This document shows, piece after piece, positions 1 to 16,000 of a stretch of DNA of 64,000 nt (position 1 is its first letter; each line of letters starts with the position of its first letter). The notes beneath the pieces were generated by a model. The model had not been told where the DNA came from and did no database searches. It was given only the letters and a program-made list of their open reading frames with translations. The position numbers and the translations under genes were made by a program. This stretch comes from Eledone cirrhosa (lineage: Eukaryota): NCBI GenBank assembly GCA_964016885.1, contig OZ024742.1:372682001-372746000 (forward strand), written 5' to 3'.

Positions 1-1579
1 TCTTTCTATATAAACTGTAAATCTCATTCTATATAAACCGTAAATCTCTTTCTATATAAACTGTAAATTTCATTTTATAAACTGTAAATCTCTTTCTATA
101 TAAACTGTAAATCCCATTCTATATAAACTGTATATATCATTCTATAAACTGTAAATCTCATTCTATAAACTGTAAATCTCTTTCTATATAAACTGTAAAT
201 CTCATTCTTTATAAACTGTAAATCTAATTCTATATTAACTGTAAATCTGATTCTATAAACTGTAAATCTCTTTCTATATAAACTGTAAATCTCACTCTAT
301 ATAAACTGTAAATCTCTTTCTATATAAACTGTAAATCTCGTTCTATATAAGCTGTAAATCTCATTCTATAAACTGTAAATCTCTTTCTATATAAACTGTA
401 AATCCCATTCTATATAAACTGTATATATCATTCTATAAACTGTAAATCACATTCTATAAACTGTAAATCTCTTTCTATATAAACTGTAAATCTCATTCTA
501 TATAAACTGTAAATCTCATTCTATAAACTGTGAATCTCATTCTATATAAACTGTAAATCTCATTCTATAAACTGTAAATCTCATTCTATGAACTGTAAAT
601 CTCTTTCTATATAAACTGTAAATCTCATTCTATATATACTGTAAATCTCATTCTATAAACTGTAAATCTCTTTCTGTATAAACTGTAAATCTCATTCTAT
701 ATGAACTGTAAATCTCTTTCTATATAAACTGTAAATTTCATTCTATAAACTGTAAATCTCTTTCTATATAAACTGTAAATCTCATTCTATATAAACTGTA
801 AATCTCTTTCCATATAAACTGTAAATCTCATTCTATATAAGCTGTAAATCTCATTCTATAAACTGTACATCTCTTTCTATATAAACTGTAAATCCCATTC
901 TATATAAACTGTATATATCATTCTATAAACTGTACATCTCATTCTATAAACTGTAAATCTCTTTCTATATGAACTGTAAATCTCATCCTATATAAACTGT
1001 AAATCTCATTCTATATTAACTGTAAATCTGATTCTATAAACTGTAAATCTCTTTCTATATAAACTCTTAATCTCATTCTATATAAACTGTAAATCTCATT
1101 CTATATAAACTGTATATATCATTCTATAAACTGTAAATCTCATTCTATAAACTGTAAATCTCTTTCTATATAAACTGTAAATCTAATTCTATATAAACTG
1201 TAAATCTCATTCTATATTAACTGTAAATCTGATTCTATAAACTGTAAATCTCTTTCTATATAAACTCTTAATCTCATTCTATATGAACTGTAAATCTCTT
1301 TCTATATAAACTGTGAATCTCATTCTATATATATGCTGTAAATCCCATTCTATGAACTGTAAATCTCTTTCTATATAAACTGTAAATCTTATTCTATATA
1401 AACTGTAAATCTCATTCTATAAACTGTAAATCTCTTTCTATATAAACTGGAAATCTCATTCTATATAAACTGTAAATCTCTTTATATATAAACTGTAAGT
1501 CTCATTCTATATAAACTGTGAATCTCATTCTATATACACTGTAAATCTCTTTCTATATAAACTGTAAATCTCATTTTAT

Positions 1580-4500
1580 ATAAACTGTAAATCTCATTCT
1601 ATAAACTGTAAATCTCTTTCTATATAAACTGTAAATCTCGTTCTATATAAGCTGTAAATCTCATTCTATAAGCTGTAAATCTCTTTCTACATAAACTGTA
1701 AATCTCGTTCTATATAAGCTGTAAATCTCATTCTATAAACTGTAAATCTCATTCTATAAACTGTAAATCTCATTCTATAAACTGTAAATCTCTTTCTATA
1801 TAAACTGTAAATCTCATTCTATATAAACTGTAAATCTCATTCTATATAAACTGTAAATCTCTTACTATATAAACTGTAAATCTCTTTCTATAAACTGTAA
1901 ATCTCTTTCTATATAAACTGTAAATCTCATTCTATATAAACTGTAAATCTCTTTCCATATAAACTGTAAATCTCATTCTATATAAGCTGTAAATCTCATT
2001 CTATAAACTGTACATCTCTTTCTATATAAACTGTAAATCCCATTCTATATAAACTGTATATATCATTCTATAAACTGTACATCTCATTCTATAAACTGTA
2101 AATCTCTTTCTATATGAACTGTAAATCTCATCCTATATAAACTGTAAATCTCATTCTATATTAACTGTAAATCTGATTCTATAAACTGTAAATCTCTTTC
2201 TATATAAACTGTAAATCTCACTCTATATAAACTGTAAATCTCTTTCTATATAAACTGTAAATTTCATTCTATAAACTGTAAATCTCTTTCTATATAAACT
2301 GTAAATCTCATTCTATATAAACTGTAAATCTCTTTCTATATGAACTGTAAATCTCATTCTATATAAATTGTAAATCTCATTCTATAAACTGTGAATCTCA
2401 TTCTATATAAACTGTAAATCTCATTCTATATAAACTGTAAATCTCATTCTATATTAACTGTAAATGCCATTCTATAAACTGTAAATCTCTTTCTATATAA
2501 GCTGTAAATCTCATTCTATGTAAACTGTAAATCTCATTCTATAAACTGTAAATCTCATTCTATGAACTGTAAATCTCTTTCTATATAAACTGTAAATCTC
2601 ATTCTATATAAACTGTGAATCTCTTTCTATAAACTCTAAATCTCTTTCTATATAAACTGTAAATCTCATTCTATATACACTCTAAATCTCTTTCTATATA
2701 AACTGTAAATCTCATTCTATATAAACTGTATATATCATTCTATAAACTGTAAATTTCATTCTATAAACTGTAAATCTCTTTCTATATGAACTGTAAATCT
2801 CATTCTATAAAAACTGTAAATCTCTTTCTATATAAACTGTAAATCTCATTCTATATAAACTGTGAATCTCATTCTATAAACTCTAAATCTCTTTCTATAT
2901 AAACTGTAAATCTCATTCTATATACACTGTAAATCTCTTTCTATATAAACTGTAAATCTCATTCTATATAAACTGTATATATCATTCTATAAACTGTAAA
3001 TCTCATTCTATAAACTGTAAATCTCTTTCTATATAAGCTGTAAATCTCATTCTATATAAACTGTAAATCTGATTCTATAAACTGTAAATCTCTTTCTTTA
3101 TAAACTCTTAATCTCATTCTATATAAACTGTAAATCTCATTCTATAAACTGTAAATCTCATTCTATATAAGCTGTAAATCTCATTCTATGAACTGTAAAT
3201 CTATTTCTATATAAACTGTAAATCTCATTCTATATAAACTGTAAATATCTTTCTATATGAACTGTAAATCTCATTCTATATAAACTGTAAATGTATTTCT
3301 ATATAAACTGTAAATCTCATTCTATATAAACTGTAAATCTCATTCTATATAAACTTTAAATCTCATTCTATATGAACTGTAAATCTCTTTCTATATAAAC
3401 TGTAAATCTCATTCTATATAAACTGTGAATCTCATTCTATATAAACTGAAATTCTCATTCTATATTTACTGTAAATCTCATTCTATAAACTGTAAGTCTC
3501 TTTCTATATAAGCTGTAAATCTCATTCTATATAAACTGTAAATCTCATTCTATAAACTGTAAATCTCATTCTATATAAACTGTAAATCTCATTCTATGAA
3601 CTGTGAATCTTTTTCTATTTAAACTGTAAATCTCATTCTATATAAACTGTAAATCTCTTTCTATATAAACTGTAAATCTCATTCTATATAAACTGTAAAT
3701 CTCATTCTATAAACTGTAAATCTCTTTCTATATAAACTGTAAATCTCATTCTATATAAGCTGTAAATCTCATTCTATAAACTGTAAATCTCATTCTATAT
3801 AAACTGTAAATCTCATTCTATATAAACTGTATATATCATTCTATAAACTGTAATTCTCAGTCTATAAACTGTAAATCTCGTTCTATATAAACTGTAAATC
3901 TCTTTCTATATGAACTGTAAATCTCTTTCTATATAAACTCTGAATCTCATTCTATATAAGCTGTAAATCTCATTCTATGAACTGTAAATCTCTTTCTATA
4001 TAAACTGTAAATCTCATTCTATATAAACTGTAAATCTCTTTCTATATAAACTGTAAATTTCATTCTATAAACTGTAAATCTCTTTCTATATAAACTGTAA
4101 ATCTCATTCTATATAAACTGTAAATCTCTTTCTATATAAACTGTAAATCTCATTCTATATAAACTGTATATATCATTCTATAAACTGTAATTCTCAGTCT
4201 ATAAACTGTAAATCTCCTTCTATATAAACTGTAAATCTCTTTCTATATGAACTGTAAATCTCTTTCTATATAAACTCTGAATCTCATTCTATATAAGCTG
4301 TAAATCTCATTCTATTCTATGAACTGTAAATCTCTTTCTATATAAACTGTAAATCTCATTCTATATAAACTGTAAATCTCTTTCTATATAAACTGTAAAT
4401 TTCATTCTATAAACTGTAAATCTCTTTCTATATAAACTGTAAATCTCATTCTATATAAACTGTAAATCTCTTTCTATATAAACTGTAAATATCATTCTAT

Positions 4501-7500
4501 ATAAACTGTGAATCTCATTCTATAAACTGTAAATCTCATTCTATATGAACTGTAAATCTCGTTCTATATAAGCTGTAAATTTCATTCTATAAACTGTAAA
4601 TCTCTTTCTATATAAACTGTAAATCTCATTCTATATAAACTGTATATATCATTCTATAAACTGTAAATCTCATTCTATAAACTGTAAATCTCTTTCTATA
4701 TAAACTGTAAATCTCATTCTATATAAACTGTAAATCTCTTTCTATATGAACTGTACACCTCATTCTATATAAATTGTAAATCTAATTCTATAAACTGTGA
4801 ATCTCATTCTATATAAACTGTAAATCTCATTCTATAAACTGTAAATCTCATTCTATGAACTGTAAATCTCTTTCTATATAAACTGTAAATCTCATTCTAT
4901 ATAAACTGTAAATCTCATTCTATAAACTGTAAATCTCTTTCTGTATAAACTGTAAATCTCATTCTATATAAACTGTAAATCTCTTTCTATATAAACTGTA
5001 AATTTCATTCTATAAACTGTAAATCTCTTTCTATATAAACTGTAAATCTCATTCTATACAAACTTTAAATCGCTTTCTATATAAACTGTAAATCTCATTC
5101 TATATAAACTGTGAATCTCATTCTATAAGCTGTAAATCTCTTTCTATATAAACTGTGAATCTCATTCTATATACACTGTAAATCTCTTTCTATATAAACT
5201 GTAAATCTCATTCTATATAAACTGTAAATCTCATTCTATAAACTGTAAATCTCTTTCCATATAAACTGTAAATCTCATTCTATATAAGCTGTAAATCTCA
5301 TTCTATAAACTGTACATCTCTTTCTATATAAACTGTAAATCTCATTCTATATAAACTGTATGTATCATTCTATAAACTGTAAATCTCATTCTATAAACTG
5401 TAAATCTCTTTCTATATAAACTGTAAATCTCATTCTATATAAACTGTAAATCTAATTCTATATTAACTGTAAATCTGATTCTATAAACTGTAAATCTCTT
5501 TCTATATAAACTGTAAATCTCATTCTATATAAACTGTAAATCTCTTTCTATATAAACTGTAAATCTCATTCTATATAAACTGTAAATCTCATTCTATAAA
5601 CTGTAAATCTCTTTCTATATAAACTCTTAATCTCATTCTATATAAACTGTAAATCTCATTCTATAAACTGTAAATCTAATTCTATATAAACTGTAAATCT
5701 CTTTCTATATAACCTGTAAATCTCTTTCTATATAACCTGTAAATCTCTTTCTATATAAACTGTAAATCTCTTTCCATATAAACTGTAAATCTCATTCTAT
5801 ATAAGCTGTAAATCTCATTCTATAAACTGTACATCTCTTTCTATATAAACTGTAAATCCCATTCTATATAAACTGTATATATCATTCTATAAACTGTAAA
5901 TCTCATTCTATAAACTGTAAATCTCTTTCTATATAAACTGTAAATCTCGTTCTATATAAGCTGTAAATCTCATTCTATAAGCTGTAAATCTCTTTCTACA
6001 TAAACTGTAAATCTCGTTCTATATAAGCTGTAAATCTCATTCTATAAACTGTAAATCTCATTCTATAAACTGTAAATCTCATTCTATAAACTGTAAATCT
6101 CTTTCTATATAAACTGTAAATCTCATTCTATATAAACTGTAAATCTCATTCTATATAAACTGTAAATCTCTTACTATATAAACTGTAAATCTCTTTCTAT
6201 AAACTGTAAATCTCTTTCTATATAAACTGTAAATCTCATTCTATATAAACTGTAAATCTCTTTCCATATAAACTGTAAATCTCATTCTATATAAGCTGTA
6301 AATCTCATTCTATAAACTGTACATCTCTTTCTATATAAACTGTAAATCCCATTCTATATAAACTGTATATATCATTCTATAAACTGTACATCTCATTCTA
6401 TAAACTGTAAATCTCTTTCTATATGAACTGTAAATCTCATCCTATATAAACTGTAAATCTCATTCTATATTAACTGTAAATCTGATTCTATAAACTGTAA
6501 ATCTCTTTCTATATAAACTGTAAATCTCACTCTATATAAACTGTAAATCTCTTTCTATATAAACTGTAAATTTCATTCTATAAACTGTAAATCTCTTTCT
6601 ATATAAACTGTAAATCTCATTCTATATAAACTGTAAATCTCTTTCTATATGAACTGTAAATCTCATTCTATATAAATTGTAAATCTCATTCTATAAACTG
6701 TGAATCTCATTCTATATAAACTGTAAATCTCATTCTATATAAACTGTAAATCTCATTCTATATTAACTGTAAATGCCATTCTATAAACTGTAAATCTCTT
6801 TCTATATAAGCTGTAAATCTCATTCTATGTAAACTGTAAATCTCATTCTATAAACTGTAAATCTCATTCTATGAACTGTAAATCTCTTTCTATATAAACT
6901 GTAAATCTCATTCTATATAAACTGTGAATCTCTTTCTATAAACTCTAAATCTCTTTCTATATAAACTGTAAATCTCATTCTATATACACTCTAAATCTCT
7001 TTCTATATAAACTGTAAATCTCATTCTATATAAACTGTATATATCATTCTATAAACTGTAAATTTCATTCTATAAACTGTAAATCTCTTTCTATATGAAC
7101 TGTAAATCTCATTCTATAAAAACTGTAAATCTCTTTCTATATAAACTGTAAATCTCATTCTATATAAACTGTGAATCTCATTCTATAAACTCTAAATCTC
7201 TTTCTATATAAACTGTAAATCTCATTCTATATACACTGTAAATCTCTTTCTATATAAACTGTAAATCTCATTCTATATAAACTGTATATATCATTCTATA
7301 AACTGTAAATCTCATTCTATAAACTGTAAATCTCTTTCTATATAAGCTGTAAATCTCATTCTATATAAACTGTAAATCTGATTCTATAAACTGTAAATCT
7401 CCTTCTTTATAAACTCTTAATCTCATTCTATATAAACTGTAAATCTCATTCTATAAACTGTAAATCTCATTCTATATAAGCTGTAAATCTCATTCTATGA

Positions 7501-10207
7501 ACTGTAAATCTATTTCTATATAAACTGTAAATCTCATTCTATATAAACTGTAAATATCTTTCTATATGAACTGTAAATCTCATTCTATATAAACTGTAAA
7601 TGTATTTCTATATAAACTGTAAATCTCATTCTATATAAACTGTAAATCTCATTCTATATAAACTTTAAATCTCATTCTATATGAACTGTAAATCTCTTTC
7701 TATATAAACTGTAAATCTCATTCTATATAAACTGTGAATCTCATTCTATATAAACTGAAATTCTCATTCTATATTTACTGTAAATCTCATTCTATAAACT
7801 GTAAGTCTCTTTCTATATAAGCTGTAAATCTCATTCTATATAAACTGTAAATCTCATTCTATAAACTGTAAATCTCATTCTATATAAACTGTAAATCTCA
7901 TTCTATGAACTGTGAATCTTTTTCTATTTAAACTGTAAATCTCATTCTATATAAACTGTAAATCTCTTTCTATATAAACTGTAAATCTCATTCTATATAA
8001 ACTGTAAATCTCATTCTATAAACTGTAAATCTCTTTCTATATAAACTGTAAATCTCATTCTATATAAGCTGTAAATCTCATTCTATAAACTGTAAATCTC
8101 ATTCTATATAAACTGTAAATCTCATTCTATATAAACTGTATATATCATTCTATAAACTGTAATTCTCAGTCTATAAACTGTAAATCTCGTTCTATATAAA
8201 CTGTAAATCTCTTTCTATATGAACTGTAAATCTCTTTCTATATAAACTCTGAATCTCATTCTATATAAGCTGTAAATCTCATTCTATGAACTGTAAATCT
8301 CTTTCTATATAAACTGTAAATCTCATTCTATATAAACTGTAAATCTCTTTCTATATAAACTGTAAATTTCATTCTATAAACTGTAAATCTCTTTCTATAT
8401 AAACTGTAAATCTCATTCTATATAAACTGTAAATCTCTTTCTATATAAACTGTAAATCTCATTCTATATAAACTGTATATATCATTCTATAAACTGTAAT
8501 TCTCAGTCTATAAACTGTAAATCTCCTTCTATATAAACTGTAAATCTCTTTCTATATGAACTGTAAATCTCTTTCTATATAAACTCTGAATCTCATTCTA
8601 TATAAGCTGTAAATCTCATTCTATTCTATGAACTGTAAATCTCTTTCTATATAAACTGTAAATCTCATTCTATATAAACTGTAAATCTCTTTCTATATAA
8701 ACTGTAAATTTCATTCTATAAACTGTAAATCTCTTTCTATATAAACTGTAAATCTCATTCTATATAAACTGTAAATCTCTTTCTATATAAACTGTAAATA
8801 TCATTCTATATAAACTGTGAATCTCATTCTATAAACTGTAAATCTCATTCTATATGAACTGTAAATCTCGTTCTATATAAGCTGTAAATTTCATTCTATA
8901 AACTGTAAATCTCTTTCTATATAAACTGTAAATCTCATTCTATATAAACTGTATATATCATTCTATAAACTGTAAATCTCATTCTATAAACTGTAAATCT
9001 CTTTCTATATAAACTGTAAATCTCATTCTATATAAACTGTAAATCTCTTTCTATATGAACTGTACACCTCATTCTATATAAATTGTAAATCTCATTCTAT
9101 AAACTGTGAATCTCATTCTATATAAACTGTAAATCTCATTCTATAAACTGTAAATCTCATTCTATGAACTGTAAATCTCTTTCTATATAAACTGTAAATC
9201 TCATTCTATATAAACTGTAAATCTCATTCTATAAACTGTAAATCTCTTTCTGTATAAACTGTAAATCTCATTCTATATAAACTGTAAATCTCTTTCTATA
9301 TAAACTGTAAATTTCATTCTATAAACTGTAAATCTCTTTCTATATAAACTGTAAATCTCATTCTATATAAACTTTAAATCGCTTTCTATATAAACTGTAA
9401 ATCTCATTCTATATAAACTGTGAATCTCATTCTATAAGCTGTAAATCTCTTTCTATATAAACTGTGAATCTCATTCTATATACACTGTAAATCTCTTTCT
9501 ATATAAACTGTAAATCTCATTCTATATAAACTGTAAATCTCATTCTATAAACTGTAAATCTCTTTCCATATAAACTGTAAATCTCATTCTATATAAGCTG
9601 TAAATCTCATTCTATAAACTGTACATCTCTTTCTATATAAACTGTAAATCTCATTCTATATAAACTGTATGTATCATTCTATAAACTGTAAATCTCATTC
9701 TATAAACTGTAAATCTCTTTCTATATAAACTGTAAATCTCATTCTATATAAACTGTAAATCTAATTCTATATTAACTGTAAATCTGATTCTATAAACTGT
9801 AAATCTCTTTCTATATAAACTGTAAATCTCATTCTATATAAACTGTAAATCTCTTTCTATATAAACTGTAAATCTCATTCTATATAAACTGTAAATCTCA
9901 TTCTATAAACTGTAAATCTCTTTCTATATAAACTCTTAATCTCATTCTATATAAACTGTAAATCTCATTCTATAAACTGTAAATCTAATTCTATATAAAC
10001 TGTAAATCTCTTTCTATATAACCTGTAAATCTCTTTCTATATAACCTGTAAATCTCTTTCTATATAAACTGTAAATCTCTTTCCATATAAACTGTAAATC
10101 TCATTCTATATAAGCTGTAAATCTCATTCTATAAACTGTACATCTCTTTCTATATAAACTGTAAATCCCATTCTATATAAACTGTATATATCATTCTATA
10201 AACTGTA
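1580..10207 (+). repeat. Tandem duplication, 2 x 4309 bp (about 1580-5888 and 5889-10197)
   Basis: Rare variants recur at a constant offset of 4309: CTCTTTCTAC 1681/5990, AAATGCCAT 2462/6771, CTGAAATTCTC 3446/7755, TCTATTCTAT 4311/8620, CTGTATGTATC 5356/9665. Confidence 0.95.
3793..4471 (+). repeat. Internal 337-bp (~15 monomer) duplication within the left-domain higher-order unit
   Basis: TAATTCTCAG occurs at 3851/4188. The same 337-bp spacing recurs at 11751/12088 and 23633/23970. Confidence 0.88.
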
Positions 10208-13087
10208 CATCTCATTCTATAAACTGTAAATCTCTTTCTATATGAACTGTAAATCTCATCCTATATAAACTGTAAATCTCATTCTATATTAACTGTAAAT
10301 CTGATTCTATAAACTGTAAATCTCTTTCTATATAAACTGTAAATTTCATTCTATAAACTGTAAATCTCTTTCTATATAAACTGTAAATCTCATTCTATAT
10401 AAACTGTAAATCTCTTTCTATATGAACTGTAAATCTCATTCTATATAAATTGTAAATCTCATTCTATAAACTGTGAATCTCATTCTATATAAACTGTAAA
10501 TCTCATTCTATATAAACTGTAAATCTCATTCTATATTAACTGTAAATCCCATTCTATAAACTGTAAATCTCTTTCTATATAAGCTGTAAATCTCATTCTA
10601 TGTAAACTGTAAATCTCATTCTATAAACTGTAAATCTCATTCTATGAACTGTAAATCTCTTTCTATATAAACTGTAAATCTCATTCTATATAAACAGTGA
10701 ATCTCTTTCTATAAACTCTAAATCTCTTTCTATATAAACTGTAAATATCATTCTATATACACTCTAAATCTCTTTCTATATAAACTATAAATCTCATTCT
10801 ATATAAACTGTATATATCATTCTATAAACTGTAAATTTCATTCTATAAACTGTAAATCTCTTTCTATATGAACTGTAAATCTCATTCTATAAAAACTCTA
10901 AATCTCTTTCTATATAAACTGTAAATCTCATTCTATATACACTGTAAATCTCTTTCTATATAAACTGTAAATCTCATTCTATATAAACTGTATATATCAT
11001 TCTATAAACTGTAAATCTCATTCTATAAACTGTAAATCTCTTTCTATATAAGCTGTAAATCTCATTCTATATAAACTGTAAATCTGATTCTATAAACTGT
11101 AAATCTCTTTCTTTATAAACTCTTAATCTCATTCTATATAAACTGTAAATCTCATTCTATAAACTGTAAATCTCATTCTATATAAGCTGTAAATCTCATT
11201 CTATGAACTGTAAATCTATTTCTATATAAACTGTAAATCTCATTCTATATAATCTGTATATATCATTCTATAAACTGTAAATCTCATTCTATAAACTGTA
11301 AATCTCTTTCTATATAAACTGTAAATCTCATTCTATATAAACTGTAAATATCTTTCTATATGAACTGTAAATCTCATTCTATATAAACTGTAAATCTATT
11401 TCTATATAAACTGTAAATCTCATTCTATATAAACTGTAAATCTCATTCTATATAAACTTTAAATCTCATTCTATATGAACTGTAAATCTCTTTCTATATA
11501 AACTGTAAATCTCATTCTATATAAACTGTGAATCTCATTCTATATAAACTGAAATTCTCATTCTATATTTACTGTAAATCTCATTCTATAAACTGTAAGT
11601 CTCTTTCTATATAAGCTGTAAATCTCATTCTATATAAACTGTAAATCTCATTCTATAAACTGTAAATCTCATTCTATATAAACTGTAAATCTCATTCTAT
11701 AAACTGTGAATCTTTTTCTATATAAACTGTATATATCATTCTATAAACTGTAATTCTCAGTCTATAAACTGTAAATCTCGTTCTATATAAACTGTAAATC
11801 TCTTTCTATATGAACTGTAAATCTCTTTCTATATAAACTCTGAATCTCATTCTATATAAGCTGTAAATCTCATTCTATGAACTGTAAATCTCTTTCTATA
11901 TAAACTGTAAATCTCATTCTATATAAACTGTAAATCTCTTTCTATATAAACTGTAAATTTCATTCTATAAACTGTAAATCTCTTTCTATATAAACTGTAA
12001 ATCTCATTCTATATAAACTGTAAATCTCTTTCTATATAAACTGTAAATCTCATTCTATATAAACTGTATATATCATTCTATAAACTGTAATTCTCAGTCT
12101 ATAAACTGTAAATCTCGGTCTATATAAACTGTAAATCTCTTTCTATATGAACTGTAAATCTCTTTCTATATAAACTCTGAATCTCATTCTATATAAGCTG
12201 TAAATCTCATTCTATGAACTGTAAATCTCTTTCTATATAAACTGTAAATCTCATTCTATATAAACTGTAAATCTCTTTCTATATAAACTGTAAATTTCAT
12301 TCTATAAACTGTAAATCTCCTTCTATATAAACTGTAAATCTCATTCTATATAAACTGTAAATCTCTTTCTATATAAACTGTAAATCTCATTCTATATAAA
12401 CTGTGAATCTCATTCTGTAAACTGTAAATCTCATTCTATATGAACTGTAAATCTCGTTCTATATAAGCTGTAAATCTCATTCTATAAACTGTAAATCTCT
12501 TTCTATATAAACTGTAAATCTCATTCTATATAAACTGTATATATCATTCTATAAACTGTAAATCTCATTCTATAAACTGTAAATCTCTTTCTATATAAAC
12601 TGTAAATCTCATTCTATATAAACTGTAAATCTCTTTCTATATGAACTGTACACCTCATTCTATATAAATTGTAAATCTCATTCTATAAACTGTGAATCTC
12701 ATTCTATATAAACTGTAAATCTCATTCTATAAACTGTAAATCTCATTCTATGAACTGTAAATCTCTTTCTATATAAACTGTAAATCTCATTCTATATAAA
12801 CTGTAAATCTCATTCTATAAACTGTAAATCTCTTTCTGTATAAACTGTAAATCTCATTCTATATAAACTGTAAATCTCTTTCTATATAAACTGTAAATTT
12901 CATTCTATAAACTGTAAATCTCTTTCTATATAAACTGTAAATCTCATTCTATATAAACTGTAAATCGCTTTCTATATAAACTGTAAATCTCATTCTATAT
13001 AAACTGTGAATCTCATTCTATAAGCTGTAAATCTCTTTCTATATAAACTGTGAATCTGATTCTATATACACTGTAAATCTCTTTCTA

Positions 13088-16000
13088 TATAAACTGTAAA
13101 TCTCATTCTATATAAACTGTAAATCTCATTCTATAAACTGTAAATCTCTTTCCATATAAACTGTAAATCTCATTCTATATAAGCTGTAAATCTCATTCTA
13201 TAAACTGTACATCTCTTTCTATATAAACTGTAAATCTCATTCTATATAAACTGTATGTATCATTCTATAAACTGTAAATCTCATTCTATAAACTGTAAAT
13301 CTCTTTCTATATAAACTGTAAATCTCATTCTATATAAACTGTAAATCTAATTCTATATTAACTGTAAATCTGATTCTATAAACTGTAAATCTCTTTCTAT
13401 ATAAACTGTAAATCTCATTCTATATAAACTGTAAATCTCTTTCTATATAAACTGTAAATCTCATTCTATATAAACTGTAAATCTCATTCTATAAACTGTA
13501 AATCTCTTTCTATATAAACTCTTAATCTCATTCTATATAAACTGTAAATCTCATTCTATAAACTGTAAATCTAATTCTATATAAACTGTAAATCTCTTTC
13601 TATATAACCTGTAAATCTCTTTCTATATAACCTGTAAATCTCTTTCTATATAAACTGTAAATCTCTTTCCATATAAACTGTAAATCTCATTCTATATAAG
13701 CTGTAAATCTCATTCTATAAACTGTACATCTCTTTCGATATAAACTGTAAATCCCATTCTATATAAACTGGATATATCATTCTATAAACTGTACATCTCA
13801 TTCTATAAACTGTAAATCTCTTTCTATATGAACTGTAAATCTCATCCTATATAAACTGTAAATCTCATTCTATATTAACTGTAAATCTGATTCTATAAAC
13901 TGTAAATCTCTTTCTATATAAACTGTAAATCTCACTCTATATAAACTGTAAATCTCTTTCTATATAAACTGTAAATTTCATTCTATAAACTGTAAATCTC
14001 TTTCTATATAAACTGTAAATCTCATTCTATATAAACTGTAAATCTCTTTCTATATGAACTGTAAATCTCATTCTATATAAATTGTAAATCTCATTCTATA
14101 AACTGTGAATCTCATTCTATATAAACTGTAAATCTCATTCTATATAAACTGTAAATCTCATTCTATATTAACTGTAAATCCCATTCTATAAACTGTAAAT
14201 CTCTTTCTATATAAGCTGTAAATCTCATTCTATGTAAACTGTAAATCTCATTCTATAAACTGTAAATCTCATTCTATGAACTGTAAATCTCTTTCTATAT
14301 AAACTGTAAATCTCATTCTATATAAACTGTGAATCTCTTTCTATAAACTCTAAATCTCTTTCTATATAAACTGTAAATCTCATTCTATATACACTCTAAA
14401 TCTCTTTCTATATAAACTGTAAATCTCATTCTATATAAACTGCATATATCATTCTATAAACTGTAAATTTCATTCTATAAACTGTAAATCTCTTTCTATA
14501 TGAACTGTAAATCTCATTCTATAAAAACTGTAAATCCCTTTCTATATAAACTGTAAATCTCATTCTATATAAACTGTGAATCTCATTCTATAAACTCTAA
14601 ATCTCTTTCTATATAAACTGTAAATCTCATTCTATATACACTGTAAATCTCTTTCTATATAAACTGTAAATCTCATTCTATATAAACTGTATATATCATT
14701 CTATAAACTGTAAATCTCATTCTATAAACTGTAAATCTCTTTCTATATAAGCTGTAAATCTCATTCTATATAAACTGTAAATCTGATTCTATAAACTGTA
14801 AATCTCTTTCTTTATAAACTCTTAATCTCATTCTATATAAACTGTAAATCTCATTCTATAAACTGTAAATCTCATTCTATATAAGCTGTAAATCTCATTC
14901 TATGAACTGTAAATCTATTTCTATATAAACTGTAAATCTCATTCTATATAATCTGTATATATCATTCTATAAACTGTAAATCTCATTCTATAAACTGTAA
15001 ATCTCTTTCTATATAAACTGTAAATCTCATTCTATATAAACTGTAAATATCTTTCTATATGAACTGTAAATCTCATTCTATATAAACTGTAAATCTATTT
15101 CTATATAAACTGTAAATCTCATTCTATATAAACTGTAAATCTCATTCTATATAAACTTTAAATCTCATTCTATATGAACTGTAAATCTCTTTCTATATAA
15201 ACTGTAAATCTCATTCTATATAAACTGTGAATCTCATTCTATATAAACTGAAATTCTCATTCTATATTTACTGTAAATCTCATTCTATAAACTGTAAGTC
15301 TCTTTCTATATAAGCTGTAAATCTCATTCTATATAAACTGTAAATCTCATTCTATAAACTGTAAATCTCATTCTATATAAACTGTAAATCTCATTCTATA
15401 AACTGTGAATCTTTTTCTATATAAACTGTAAATCTCATTCTATATAATCTGTAAATCTCATTCTATAAACTGTAAATCTCATTATATATAAACTGTAAAT
15501 CTCTTTCTATATAAACTGTAAATCTCATTCTATATAAACTGTAAATCTCATTCTATAAACTGTAAATCTCTTTCTATATAAACTGTAAATCTCATTCTAT
15601 ATAAGCTGTAAATCTCATTCTATAAACTGTAAATCTCATTCTATATAAACTGTAAATCTCATTCTATATAAACTGTATATATCATTCTATAAACTGTAAT
15701 TCTCAGTCTATAAACTGTAAATCTCGTTCTATATAAACTGTAAATCTCTTTCTATATGAACTGTAAATCTCTTTCTATATAAACTCTGAATCTCATTCTA
15801 TATAAGCTGTAAATCTCATTCTATGAACTGTAAATCTCTTTCTATATAAACTGTAAATCTCATTCTATATAAACTGTAAATCTCTTTCTATATGAACTGT
15901 ACACCTCATTCTATATAAATTGTAAATCTCATTCTATAAACTGTGAATCTCATTCTATATAAACTGTAAATCTCATTCTATAAACTGTAAATCTCATTCT

